From the IMG/VR virus record IMGVR_UViG_3300020420_000018, positions 1-56,210 of that record: 56,210 nucleotides of DNA; one strand, 5' to 3'. Below the pieces are notes generated by a model. It saw nothing but the letters and a program-made list of their open reading frames with translations, did no database searches and was not told where the DNA came from. Shown in pieces: positions 9,265 through 18,065 of the stretch. Numbering within the stretch: the stretch's first letter is position 1; each line of letters starts with the position of its first letter. Origin of the DNA: a virus (lineage: Duplodnaviria; Caudoviricetes). A program made the position numbers and the translations under genes.

Positions 9265-9537
9265 ATGACTACATTTCTAGTAACTATTTGGGCTTATGAT
9301 CACCACGCTAAGTTTAGTGTTAAATGTGACAATAGCTCAACCTCACTAGAAAAAGCTATACTTGACAAGTTAGGAGAAAAAAGTATAGTTTGGGAATATC
9401 TTGGAATATCTTATGATAACAAGATAAACAGAATAACCTATGAGGAGGTTATCGATGGAACAAATGATGCAACACTTAAACGACCTTTATCAACAAAAGA
9501 GGGGTCTGGATCTACAGTGGGAGCAAGAGCATCTTAA
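9265..9537 (+). CDS. Hypothetical protein
   Basis: 90 aa ORF, SD AGAAAG. Confidence 0.6.
   Translation: MTTFLVTIWAYDHHAKFSVKCDNSSTSLEKAILDKLGEKSIVWEYLGISYDNKINRITYEEVIDGTNDATLKRPLSTKEGSGSTVGARAS
9362..9389 (+). promoter_or_regulatory. Putative internal sigma70 promoter
   Basis: TTGACA-16 bp-TATAGT inside ORF 9265, upstream of ORF 9455. Confidence 0.45.
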
Positions 9538-9682
9538 AGAGGGTAGATATACTCTCAATATGGTCAAGATAGATCGAAAAGTTCGAGATGTCTTAAGCCA
9601 CATCAAAATGGCAGAAGCTCAAAGAGAGCATCTGCGAAACAAAGTTGATGGTGCTGCTCCGCAAGTTTCCGTAGCTACTTAA
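9455..9682 (+). CDS. Small coiled-coil hypothetical protein
   Basis: Start MEQMM at 9455 with SD GAGGAGG. Confidence 0.7.
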   Translation: MEQMMQHLNDLYQQKRGLDLQWEQEHLKEGRYTLNMVKIDRKVRDVLSHIKMAEAQREHLRNKVDGAAPQVSVAT

Positions 9683-9730
9683 ACAAAAAGCTACATCGTT
9701 GGAAAAATTCCACTCCGCACTACAGGCTCT

Positions 9731-9759
9731 CTTGCACTCTACTAAAAACTAGTATATAA
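9731..9759 (+). promoter_or_regulatory. Putative sigma70 promoter
   Basis: TTGCAC-17 bp-TATAAA in intergenic DNA upstream of ORF 9847. Confidence 0.55.
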
Positions 9760-9783
9760 AAAAACTAACTATACAATTATTTA

Positions 9784-9824
9784 GAACATAGACGCGTATA
9801 GTCGACGGCCTAGAGACTATGTTC
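9784..9824 (+). ncRNA. Candidate cis-regulatory RNA structure
   Basis: GAACATAG...CTATGTTC closing stem around a GC-rich interior, just before SD AGGAGG. Confidence 0.4.
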
Positions 9825-9846
9825 GGAAAACTAGGAGGATATAATT

Positions 9847-10368
9847 ATGGCAAATACTACATTTGATGGTCCGGTAAGATCGAAAAACGGTTTTATCAAC
9901 ATAGGACCAGGGATGACTAAATCACTAAGTGCGGATACAGTTCTAACTGTACAAGAACATGCAGGTAGAATTCTGCTTTTAAACGATGCTGATGGTAAGT
10001 TTACTCTACCTACTATCAACGTAACTGCAGACTCTGCTGTTGCAGGTCCAGGTAGTGATCCAAACAATAAAAATAACATTGGTGCAAGTTTCTATTTTTA
10101 CATAGAAACAGCTGCTACTGATCTTGATATCAAGACAGATGGTACTGATAAATTTACAGGTGCTGTGATGCTTGCTGTTGATGACGGAGCTAAAAAAGCC
10201 TTCGTACCAGCTGCAGCTAATGATGTTATGACTTTTGATGGTGGAACTGCCGGCGGTTTAGCTGGTTCAGTCGTTCAAGTTACTGCTGTTGATGCTAATA
10301 ATTATCTTGTTCACAATTCACTAGTAATTGCGACAGGAACAATTGTTACACCATTTGCAAACGCGTAA
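9847..10368 (+). CDS. Virion structural protein (minor capsid/decoration-like)
   Basis: 173 aa, MANTTFDGPVRS N-terminus, beta-rich composition. Confidence 0.6.
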   Translation: MANTTFDGPVRSKNGFINIGPGMTKSLSADTVLTVQEHAGRILLLNDADGKFTLPTINVTADSAVAGPGSDPNNKNNIGASFYFYIETAATDLDIKTDGTDKFTGAVMLAVDDGAKKAFVPAAANDVMTFDGGTAGGLAGSVVQVTAVDANNYLVHNSLVIATGTIVTPFANA

Positions 10369-10373
10369 TAAAT

Positions 10374-10405
10374 AATTTTGTGGGCCTTCGGGCCCACATA
10401 AAATT
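10374..10405 (+). terminator. Rho-independent terminator-like hairpin
   Basis: TGTGGGCC-TTCG-GGCCCACA with C(UUCG)G loop and AT-rich flanks. Confidence 0.75.
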
Positions 10406-10418
10406 TTAAGGAGAAAAA

Positions 10419-10721
10419 ATGACAACATTTGGATCATCACAAGATGGAGTGGCGACTAACGTAACTACAGAGACTAAAACTATTCAGACTGGTAGAACTA
10501 GAGTGTACGGAGTGCATGTATCTGGACCAAACCAAGCTGGTGTTTTAGATCTTAAAGATGGCTCAACGTCTAAAGTAAAATTAAATAAAGGTGCTCATAT
10601 TCATGATATGACAATTAATTTTCCTGTGCCAATTTTATTTAAGACTAATCTTAATACTGCTTTTACTACAGAACAGATTACGGCTATCACTGTGTTTCAT
10701 AGTGGCGGAAATAACTCGTAG
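10419..10721 (+). CDS. Hypothetical structural protein
   Basis: 100 aa, SD AAGGAG, in the structural module. Confidence 0.7.
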   Translation: MTTFGSSQDGVATNVTTETKTIQTGRTRVYGVHVSGPNQAGVLDLKDGSTSKVKLNKGAHIHDMTINFPVPILFKTNLNTAFTTEQITAITVFHSGGNNS

Positions 10722-10730
10722 GAGGTTTAC

Positions 10731-11666
10731 GTGGCTTTTTCAGGCACAAGTACATTCGAGAAATTTCTCTCGATCGATGATATTATAACTGAGTCTTTTG
10801 AAAGATTAGGATTCTTTGATTACTCTGGTAATGATTTAAGATCTGCCAGACGTTCCTTAAATATAATGTTTCAAGAATGGGACAACAGAGGTTTACATTT
10901 TTGGGAAGTTGCGAGAACTGCAATTACATTAACCTCTGGTCAAAGCGAATATCAAATTTTTAGATCACCCTCAGATGGAAATGCTAACGGAATAACTACA
11001 ACTTTAAGTTCTGGTATTTCATCTACAGCTACAACTATCCCTGTTTCATCAACAAAAAATATGAATGATACAGGAAAAATTAGAATTAATTCTGAAGTAA
11101 TTACTTACACTTCTATTTCAGGAAATAATATTTTATGTTCTGCTTCTGATCGTGGAGCAGACGGAACTACTGCTGCAGGTCATACATCTGGAGATACTGT
11201 TACAAATTTTGTTGATATGGTTTCAGATATTTTAGAAGCTAGTTTTAGAAATGAAAGCGATGTAGACACACCACTTTCAAAAATTAACAGATCACAATAT
11301 CAAGCTTTTTCAAATAAAAGTTCTACGGGCCAACCATCACAATATTTTGTGCAAAGATTTATAGATAAAGTTACAATAACTTTATATTTAACGCCAGGTG
11401 ATACACAAGCTGGCAAATTTATTTATTTCTATTATGTCAAAAGAATTCAAGATGCAGGTAAATATACTAACGAAGCAGATGTAGTTAATAGATTTGTGCC
11501 CTGCATGTGTGCAGGTTTAGCTTATTACATGGCTATGAAAAAAGCACCACAAAGAACTCAAGAAATGAAATTAATTTATGAAGATGAAATACAAAGAGCA
11601 TTGCAAGAAGATGGATCCCCTGCAAGTGTTTACATTTCACCTAAAACTTATTATCCGGAGATTTAA
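10731..11666 (+). CDS. Head-tail adaptor / tail tubular protein A-like with inserted domain
   Basis: GTG start, SD AGGAGG; DLRSARRSLN..EW.NRG N-terminus and GQPSQYFVQR, GLAYY C-terminus. Confidence 0.6.
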   Translation: MAFSGTSTFEKFLSIDDIITESFERLGFFDYSGNDLRSARRSLNIMFQEWDNRGLHFWEVARTAITLTSGQSEYQIFRSPSDGNANGITTTLSSGISSTATTIPVSSTKNMNDTGKIRINSEVITYTSISGNNILCSASDRGADGTTAAGHTSGDTVTNFVDMVSDILEASFRNESDVDTPLSKINRSQYQAFSNKSSTGQPSQYFVQRFIDKVTITLYLTPGDTQAGKFIYFYYVKRIQDAGKYTNEADVVNRFVPCMCAGLAYYMAMKKAPQRTQEMKLIYEDEIQRALQEDGSPASVYISPKTYYPEI

Positions 11667-12037
11667 TGTCTAAGTTTGCAAAAGGTAAATACGCACTAGC
11701 AATTTCTGATAGAAGCGGACAAGCTTTTCCGTGGAGAGAAATGGTTACAGAATGGAATGGTGCGTTTGTACACTTATCGGAGTATGAACCAAAGCAACCA
11801 CAATTAGAACCAAAACCTTTTGTGGCTGATCCACAAGGTTTAGAACAAGCAAGACCTCAACGTTTTCCATCTGATCAAATTGGCGGTGGAAATATGGTAG
11901 CTAGTTTAACTTTACCTGGAGATTTTGCCTTTCAAGATTTTAGTAATAGTAGTATGGTACCTGAAGATCCATCTGTTATAAATGGAAGAAGACAAGCACA
12001 AATAAATGTAGGGGAGGTTACGGTAAGTATAACATGA
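11666..12037 (+). CDS. Conserved hypothetical protein (AISDRSGQAFP...EWNG)
   Basis: 123 aa, TAATG-coupled. Confidence 0.7.
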   Translation: MSKFAKGKYALAISDRSGQAFPWREMVTEWNGAFVHLSEYEPKQPQLEPKPFVADPQGLEQARPQRFPSDQIGGGNMVASLTLPGDFAFQDFSNSSMVPEDPSVINGRRQAQINVGEVTVSIT

Positions 12038-12684
12038 CATATACAGAGTTGGTACAAAAGATTAGAGATTACACAGAGGTTACAAGCACAGTTTTAACTG
12101 ATACTATTGTAAATGGATTTATTGAAAATTCAGAGTTTAGAATTTTAAGAGATGTAGATTCTGATAATAATAGAAGATATGTAACGGCTAATTTAATAGC
12201 TGGCACAAGATTTATAGATACACCTGCTAATTTATTAATAATTAGATCAGCTCAGATTGTAGATTCTGATGGAGTAGGTCAAGCTGATAACAGAGATTTT
12301 TTACAATACAGAGACACTAGTTTTATGTCAGAATTTAATAATTTAAATTCACAAGGGGTGCCTAAATATTATAGTAATTGGGACGAAGACACTGTGGTTG
12401 TGGCTCCAACTCCAGATGCTACCTACACAATTCAATTAAATTATATCTTGAAACCTGATGGATTATCGAGTACAGTTCCAACTACATATTTAAGTCTGCA
12501 ATTTCCCAACGGACTTTTGTATGCATGCCTAGTCGAGGCTTTTAGTTTTCTAAAAGGGCCAAATGATCTCTTGCAATTATACGAAGGAAGGTATAAACAA
12601 GCGGTAGAAGGCTTCTCAATAGAACAAATGGGAAGAAGAAGACGAGACGAATATCAAAGTGGTGTTCCTCGTATAGGAAAATAG
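12034..12684 (+). CDS. Head-tail adaptor-like protein
   Basis: MTYTELVQKIRDY..., PKYY, APTPD, LLYACLVEA pattern of phage adaptors. Confidence 0.6.
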   Translation: MTYTELVQKIRDYTEVTSTVLTDTIVNGFIENSEFRILRDVDSDNNRRYVTANLIAGTRFIDTPANLLIIRSAQIVDSDGVGQADNRDFLQYRDTSFMSEFNNLNSQGVPKYYSNWDEDTVVVAPTPDATYTIQLNYILKPDGLSSTVPTTYLSLQFPNGLLYACLVEAFSFLKGPNDLLQLYEGRYKQAVEGFSIEQMGRRRRDEYQSGVPRIGK

Positions 12685-12696
12685 GAGAAAATAAAT

Positions 12697-13134
12697 ATGG
12701 CTATAACACAAGCAATTGCAAACTCTTTTAAAAAACAATTATTAGATGGTGATCAGGATTTTACTGCAGCACCAGCTGGTGATATTTTTAAAATAGCTCT
12801 TTATACTTCTTCAGCAACTCTAAACTCAGCAACAACTTCTTTCACAACTGGAAACCAAGTTCCAAACTCTGGTCAATATACATCTGGTGGTGGAAAGCTA
12901 GTTAACTTAGCAACTTCAATTACAGCTGGTGTAGCAAGAGTAGACTTTTCAGATAGATCATTCACTGGAGTTACTATTACTGCTAGAGGTGCTTTAATCT
13001 ATAATACATCGTTCTCAAATGCAGCGGTGGCAGTTTTAGATTTTGGAGCAGATAAAACAGCTACATCTGGAGTTTTCACAATTCAGTTTCCAGCTCAAAC
13101 TTCAACAGCAGCGATTTTAAGAATCTCTGGTTAA
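12697..13134 (+). CDS. Virion structural protein (tail)
   Basis: FKIALYTSSA...ARGALIYN...VLDFGADKT pattern; SD AGGAG. Confidence 0.65.
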   Translation: MAITQAIANSFKKQLLDGDQDFTAAPAGDIFKIALYTSSATLNSATTSFTTGNQVPNSGQYTSGGGKLVNLATSITAGVARVDFSDRSFTGVTITARGALIYNTSFSNAAVAVLDFGADKTATSGVFTIQFPAQTSTAAILRISG

Positions 13135-13151
13135 TTAGGAGGTAAACTCCT

Positions 13152-14114
13152 ATGGCATCAGGAACTTGGAACACTGGCTTTTGGGGCCAAAACCAATGGA
13201 ACGATTCAGCAGACCCAACTTTTACAGTTACGGGTATTGCCCTTACTGCATCTTTAGGTAACGAAACAACTGTTGGTGAAATTAATCTTGGTTGGGGTAG
13301 ATTAGCATGGAATGATTCTGCATGGGGTATTGCAGGAAATCTTATAGCACCTGGTCAAGCACTTACAGGAACTTTAGCTAGTGTCGTAGCTTCTATAGAT
13401 GTATCTCCAGGTCCATCTACAAATAATAATCAACTTATTACAACTGCTCTTGGTTCTGTAAGTGTAGATATAGCAACTACAATTTTTCAAACAGGTTTCG
13501 CACTTACCAATAGTTTAGGAACAGCTGATGCTGGCCCTGATGCTATGGCTACAGGTAATGCAATGTCCATGGGTCTTGGAACTATAGATGCATTCAACCA
13601 AACAGGTTGGGGTAGACAAGGTTGGAATATTAATGCTTGGGGAGTTGAAGGTGAATTTGCAAATGTTGATGTAACTGGTATTGCAATGACAGCTGCGGCT
13701 GGAACATTAGCGATGACTGGTGATGCTAATTTAACTCTTAATACTTTAAACGTAGCACAAGCAACTTTAGGTATTGTAGATCCAGCACCAGATGCTTCTA
13801 TAACTGGAAATTTAATAACCGCAAATTTAGGAACAGCTGTAGGTCAAGCCGGAGCAGGTGCAAGTCCCACAGGTATTGCGATGACTGCAGGATTAGGAAC
13901 GGCTGTAGGTGTTCCTGGACAAACTATTGTACCAACCGGTTTTCCATTAAATAATCAACTAGCTTCAGTTTCTGTTGCAATTCATATTGATATTCAACTT
14001 ACAGGTTTAAGCTTGACTATGAACCAAGGATCTGGTAGTGCTTTGATCTGGAACGAAGTTAATACAGGTTCAGCGCCTATAACACCTCCAGGATGGCAAG
14101 AGGTAGCTGCATAA
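13152..14114 (+). CDS. Tail-associated protein with Trp-Gly repeats
   Basis: 320 aa, G/T/A-rich, three W-x4-W-x4-W blocks and TGxAxTxxLG repeats. Confidence 0.6.
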   Translation: MASGTWNTGFWGQNQWNDSADPTFTVTGIALTASLGNETTVGEINLGWGRLAWNDSAWGIAGNLIAPGQALTGTLASVVASIDVSPGPSTNNNQLITTALGSVSVDIATTIFQTGFALTNSLGTADAGPDAMATGNAMSMGLGTIDAFNQTGWGRQGWNINAWGVEGEFANVDVTGIAMTAAAGTLAMTGDANLTLNTLNVAQATLGIVDPAPDASITGNLITANLGTAVGQAGAGASPTGIAMTAGLGTAVGVPGQTIVPTGFPLNNQLASVSVAIHIDIQLTGLSLTMNQGSGSALIWNEVNTGSAPITPPGWQEVAA

Positions 14115-14119
14115 TGAGT

Positions 14120-14148
14120 TTGACAGAAACTCATATTTTTAATAAAAT
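14120..14148 (+). promoter_or_regulatory. Near-consensus sigma70 promoter with overlapping inverted repeat
   Basis: TTGACA-17 bp-TAAAAT; ATGAGTTT-gacag-AAACTCAT spans the -35. Confidence 0.7.
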
Positions 14149-14169
14149 GAACGTATAAGGAATTAAAAA

Positions 14170-14871
14170 ATGGCGAATTCTACATCTGCTAGTCTAAAAC
14201 TTACAGTACAAGCAACCGGTGAAAACTCGGGAACTTGGGGTCAAATCACAAATACAAATTTACTTATTTTAGAACAAGCTATCGGTGGCTTTACAACTTT
14301 TAACTTAACTAACGCTAATAGAACTTTAACTTTTACAAACGGTGCTGTATCAAACGGTAAAAATGATGTTATTAAATTAACAGGTACTTTAGCAGGAACT
14401 AGAACTGTTTCTATTCCAGATGGAGTAGAAAAAGTTTATAATGTACAAAATGCTTGTGACCACGCAGGAAATACTTTAACTTTTAAAACTGCATCAGGTA
14501 CAGGTGTCCTTTTATGTGAAGGAAATAATTACGTATTATATTCTGACGGAACTAATGTAGTAAAATTATCTGAGCAAAGAAACTGGAGAGTAGTATCTGC
14601 AGCGGAAACAGTTCAAGCTGGTGCTCAACTTTTAGTAAATACAAACGGTGGAGCAGTAACAATTACACTACCTGCATCCCCTGCTACAGGCGATGAAGTT
14701 TCATTTGTAGATCAGGGTTATGATTTTAATTCTAACGCATTGACTGTTGGAAGAAACAGTTCTAATATAGCTAACGCAGCCGCAGATTTAGTGGTAAACA
14801 CTCAAGGTGCTGGTTTCTGTTTAGTATTTTCAGGAGATGCTACAACAGGTTGGACATACAAGGAGAAATAG
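14170..14871 (+). CDS. Tail fibre proximal/baseplate-like protein
   Basis: GENSGTWGQITNTNL N-terminus; TITLPASPATGDEV repeat typical of T4 gp34-like fibre domains. Confidence 0.65.
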   Translation: MANSTSASLKLTVQATGENSGTWGQITNTNLLILEQAIGGFTTFNLTNANRTLTFTNGAVSNGKNDVIKLTGTLAGTRTVSIPDGVEKVYNVQNACDHAGNTLTFKTASGTGVLLCEGNNYVLYSDGTNVVKLSEQRNWRVVSAAETVQAGAQLLVNTNGGAVTITLPASPATGDEVSFVDQGYDFNSNALTVGRNSSNIANAAADLVVNTQGAGFCLVFSGDATTGWTYKEK

Positions 14872-14874
14872 AAT

Positions 14875-15447
14875 ATGGCAAATTACGAAGCAACAAAATA
14901 CGATTTCGACGGAGCAAACCTTACAGGTATCGAAGGAATTCCTACAGCTACTATTGTACCGTGGTCTTCTTCTTCAGTGCCAACAGGTTTCTTAGAGTGT
15001 AATGGTGCAACTGTTTCAAGATCAACTTATTCAGCTTTATTTGCAATCGTAGGTACAACTTATGGAGCCGGTGATGGGGCGTCTACTTTTGGATTACCAG
15101 ATCTACAAGACAACGTAGCAATGGGTAAATCAGGAACTAAAGCTTTAGCATCAACTGGTGGAGCAAATACAGTAGCTTCAACTGGAAACATTGGTGGTTC
15201 AACAGCAAACGCAACTTTATCAACAGCTCAATTAGCATCCCACTCCCACAGTTCTGGAACGCAGAGTGGTACTCATAGAGCTCCGCAATATCCAGCCTTT
15301 CCAAATTTTGGAAATGCAGCTAGTGGTAACACTGGAAACCAAGGTTCAGGTACAGGTCACCAACATAATATGAGTGCTACTTTTAGTGGTGACTCAACAT
15401 CAGTTTTACAACCTTATTTAACGATTATTTATATTATTAAGACGTAG
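14875..15447 (+). CDS. Tail fibre protein with tail collar domain
   Basis: VPTGFLECNGATVSRSTYSALFAIVGTTYGAGDGASTFGLPDL collar motif; HSH and HQH metal motifs; QPYLTIIYIIK end. Confidence 0.85.
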   Translation: MANYEATKYDFDGANLTGIEGIPTATIVPWSSSSVPTGFLECNGATVSRSTYSALFAIVGTTYGAGDGASTFGLPDLQDNVAMGKSGTKALASTGGANTVASTGNIGGSTANATLSTAQLASHSHSSGTQSGTHRAPQYPAFPNFGNAASGNTGNQGSGTGHQHNMSATFSGDSTSVLQPYLTIIYIIKT

Positions 15448-15455
15448 GAGAAATT

Positions 15456-15857
15456 ATGGCAACAAATTCAACATGGACAGTAGTATTAGAAGACAAAGCA
15501 GTTATTAAAAATAATGGCGCTGAGTCAGGCACTGGTTATAATATTGATGATGAGGCTTTTTGGGGTCAATCTAAATTTTCAAATATTTGGGCAATCCAAT
15601 ATGAAAATACAGTTGCAAGTGATCAAGTAGAATTTAGAGATGAAACTCCTCATTGTAGTTACGCCGATGCTAATTTAGGTGACTTTCAAGAATTTATTAC
15701 AAGATGGGATGCAGCGCACTTAGCTAAATTACAAGCTGATTGGGACGCTGATGGTCCAATTGTAACTTATGATCGAGAGGGTAATATAGTTTCTACTGAA
15801 ACTGAAGAAGAAAAAATTGCTAGATTAGGTGCAAGACCTACTTCTTACTCTTCTTAA
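15456..15857 (+). CDS. Hypothetical protein (possible fibre chaperone/adhesin)
   Basis: 133 aa acidic protein after the collar gene; SD AGGAG. Confidence 0.6.
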   Translation: MATNSTWTVVLEDKAVIKNNGAESGTGYNIDDEAFWGQSKFSNIWAIQYENTVASDQVEFRDETPHCSYADANLGDFQEFITRWDAAHLAKLQADWDADGPIVTYDREGNIVSTETEEEKIARLGARPTSYSS

Positions 15858-16360
15858 TCTTTTTTCCAAATAGATAAACTTAAAATTATTCTTTCCCTTG
15901 CTGAAAAAGCATGGTGTAAATAATTCTTAGGTATGTATAATATATCGCCAGGTTCTACTTTAAAGTCTTTGTTATCTAGATGATAATAAGTAACATTTTT
16001 AACACCTATTATTAATACATGTTCTTTATCAAAGTGAGAAGGCCCTACTTCACCTTTTAAAGAATAAAAAAAATCTAAATTACCTATATCAAATAAATCT
16101 TTTAAATTAGTGTGAACATAAGTAATAAAAGGTTTAAAAATAGATAATTGATTTACGTTATATATCTGACCTACATGTTGATTTAGTTTACTTTCAAAAC
16201 CTAAAGTATTATTTTTTGACCACATTGCCAACATGGTATCAAAATTAAAATTTAATCTAAATGTTTCTAGTCGTATAGCTTTTTTTAAAAGTAAACATTT
16301 ATTTTCTTTAACAGCTTTTCTTATTTTTTTAAAAATCATTTTTATCTTAGCATCATCCAA
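15854..16360 (-). CDS. JmjC/cupin-like oxygenase
   Basis: HFD...PGDILYIPKNYLHHA (HxD...H); true start may be 16339. Confidence 0.75.
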   Translation of the reverse strand: MDDAKIKMIFKKIRKAVKENKCLLLKKAIRLETFRLNFNFDTMLAMWSKNNTLGFESKLNQHVGQIYNVNQLSIFKPFITYVHTNLKDLFDIGNLDFFYSLKGEVGPSHFDKEHVLIIGVKNVTYYHLDNKDFKVEPGDILYIPKNYLHHAFSARERIILSLSIWKKD

Positions 16361-16935
16361 GATGTTAAAATATATTTTTTACCTGATAAAGGTGGATTAC
16401 CTCTATGTAAGTAAGGAAAACTTGCAGGCCAAATAACTATTCTACCTGTTTTAGGTTTGACTCTTTTAGAAAAATGTAAAAATTCTGTTTCTCCTCCATC
16501 TTCAACCTCATTTAAATAAATAGAAAAAACAAACGCACGTGCTTCATTATGATATCCTGCATTATGTTCTATATGCCAAACATGATATCCTTCTGTAGGT
16601 AAAGTTTTTTGAATTTTTAAATCTGTAAAATGAAAAGGAATACCAAACGCTGAGTCGGCACCTGTATTTTTTGTATAGTGATTCCAAGCTATATCAAAAT
16701 TAAGCATCATAGGTTTTAATGATTCCCACCAAACACTTATGTTATTAGGACCAGCAAAAAATTGTTGATCTTGTTTTTGAAGTATAGATACTTTTTCAGA
16801 GCCAATTCTGTTGAAAGTATTATTAAATTTATTTTGATCTTCATATAATTTAATAGCTTTATTACATTCTTCTTTGGTAATGTAATTGTCATATATACCT
16901 ATAAAATTATTTATATTAACTGTCTTTTCATTCAT
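16342..16935 (-). CDS. 2OG-Fe(II) oxygenase (prolyl hydroxylase-like)
   Basis: WHIE, IYLNEVEDGGETEF, WPASFPYLHRGNPP, KYILTSW. Confidence 0.85.
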   Translation of the reverse strand: MNEKTVNINNFIGIYDNYITKEECNKAIKLYEDQNKFNNTFNRIGSEKVSILQKQDQQFFAGPNNISVWWESLKPMMLNFDIAWNHYTKNTGADSAFGIPFHFTDLKIQKTLPTEGYHVWHIEHNAGYHNEARAFVFSIYLNEVEDGGETEFLHFSKRVKPKTGRIVIWPASFPYLHRGNPPLSGKKYILTSWMMLR

Positions 16936-17511
16936 CTAAAATATCTTTCCATGCTGCCATTCCCATAAAAAAGGAGACCTTTTTATATGGTTATATACAT
17001 AATAGTCAAAATGTAAATATTTCATAATCTCTTCTTTATCTAGATATTTTTCTATATCATAGTATTTTGATGTTTTATGTTTTTCTGGAAAAGCATTTAA
17101 GTGTTTAGTTTGATTAAAATGCATTTTTAAAAACAAATTTAAATCATCGATATCTATGTAATGTTCTATCTGATAATTCATTAGATAAGGGATTTGTGAA
17201 ATACTATGATTTATTGTGCCGTTTAAAGTATTTCTTATATGGTTTTCATTAGACGTAAATACTTTCTTAATATCAATATCTTTTACATCTACTTTATTTA
17301 TTAATAAATCATATTTTAAACCTGATAGAAATCTTTCGTAAGGATCTCGTATAATACAAAATCTTGGTTTTTTAGATAAACCAAAGGTATATTCAATATT
17401 ATCTTTATAAGTATCTAATATACAATTCATAACACTTCTATTTGCGTTTTTATGAATTCTTACATATTGGAATTCTTTGGTTTCAACTAATTCTGCAAAT
17501 CTAAAATTCAT
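16936..17511 (-). CDS. Sulfotransferase family protein
   Basis: YVRIHKNANRS (5'-PSB-like) and IIRDPYERFLSG (3'-PB-like). Confidence 0.7.
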   Translation of the reverse strand: MNFRFAELVETKEFQYVRIHKNANRSVMNCILDTYKDNIEYTFGLSKKPRFCIIRDPYERFLSGLKYDLLINKVDVKDIDIKKVFTSNENHIRNTLNGTINHSISQIPYLMNYQIEHYIDIDDLNLFLKMHFNQTKHLNAFPEKHKTSKYYDIEKYLDKEEIMKYLHFDYYVYNHIKRSPFLWEWQHGKIF

Positions 17512-18065
17512 CTTTTATTTCTAACTTCTTTCGTAGATTCAACTAAATATCTTTTATCATATGCATATTTTTTAAAAGGACCGTTTTGATCTACATAATG
17601 AAAAAATACTTGAGCCATTCCTTCGCCTTTGTATATACCAGGCCTCCAATGTTTTTGACTACACCCTGCATATAGTAAACCATCTCCCTCTTCTAATTCA
17701 ATTTTTTTACCCTCTATAATCATAGGCCAATTATCATATTTTTTTACACAGACAGTTATAGATACTTCACAAGCTGCTCTATCTGTGTGTTTAGGTAATG
17801 TGCCGCCTAATATATAATAACGCCAATATGTAAAAGTAGGATAAAGTTTTAAATTAGATTCTATTTCTACTCTAGGTAATTTTTGATGTAATAGAGTTAA
17901 CATTAAAGGATCATCATACCAAGATGGGGAAAACGCGGCATTTTTAAAATCTTCTATTACATGATCTTTAAACTTATCTAATTTAATATAACAGTATTTT
18001 TGAAGAATATTTAATTCTTCTTTTGTAAAAAAATTTTTTACTACTTTATAATCTACTGTAGCCAT
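17508..18065 (-). CDS. 2OG-Fe(II) oxygenase-like protein
   Basis: LPKHTDRAACEVS...GDGLLYAG...HWR...QVFFHY. Confidence 0.75.
   Translation of the reverse strand: MATVDYKVVKNFFTKEELNILQKYCYIKLDKFKDHVIEDFKNAAFSPSWYDDPLMLTLLHQKLPRVEIESNLKLYPTFTYWRYYILGGTLPKHTDRAACEVSITVCVKKYDNWPMIIEGKKIELEEGDGLLYAGCSQKHWRPGIYKGEGMAQVFFHYVDQNGPFKKYAYDKRYLVESTKEVRNKR

Noticed and set aside
9671-9713. Two small hairpins after ORF 9455 as an RNA gene
   Set aside because: Stems of only 5-6 bp (GTAGCT/AGCTAC, TGGAA/TTCCA); too weak to call without covariation data
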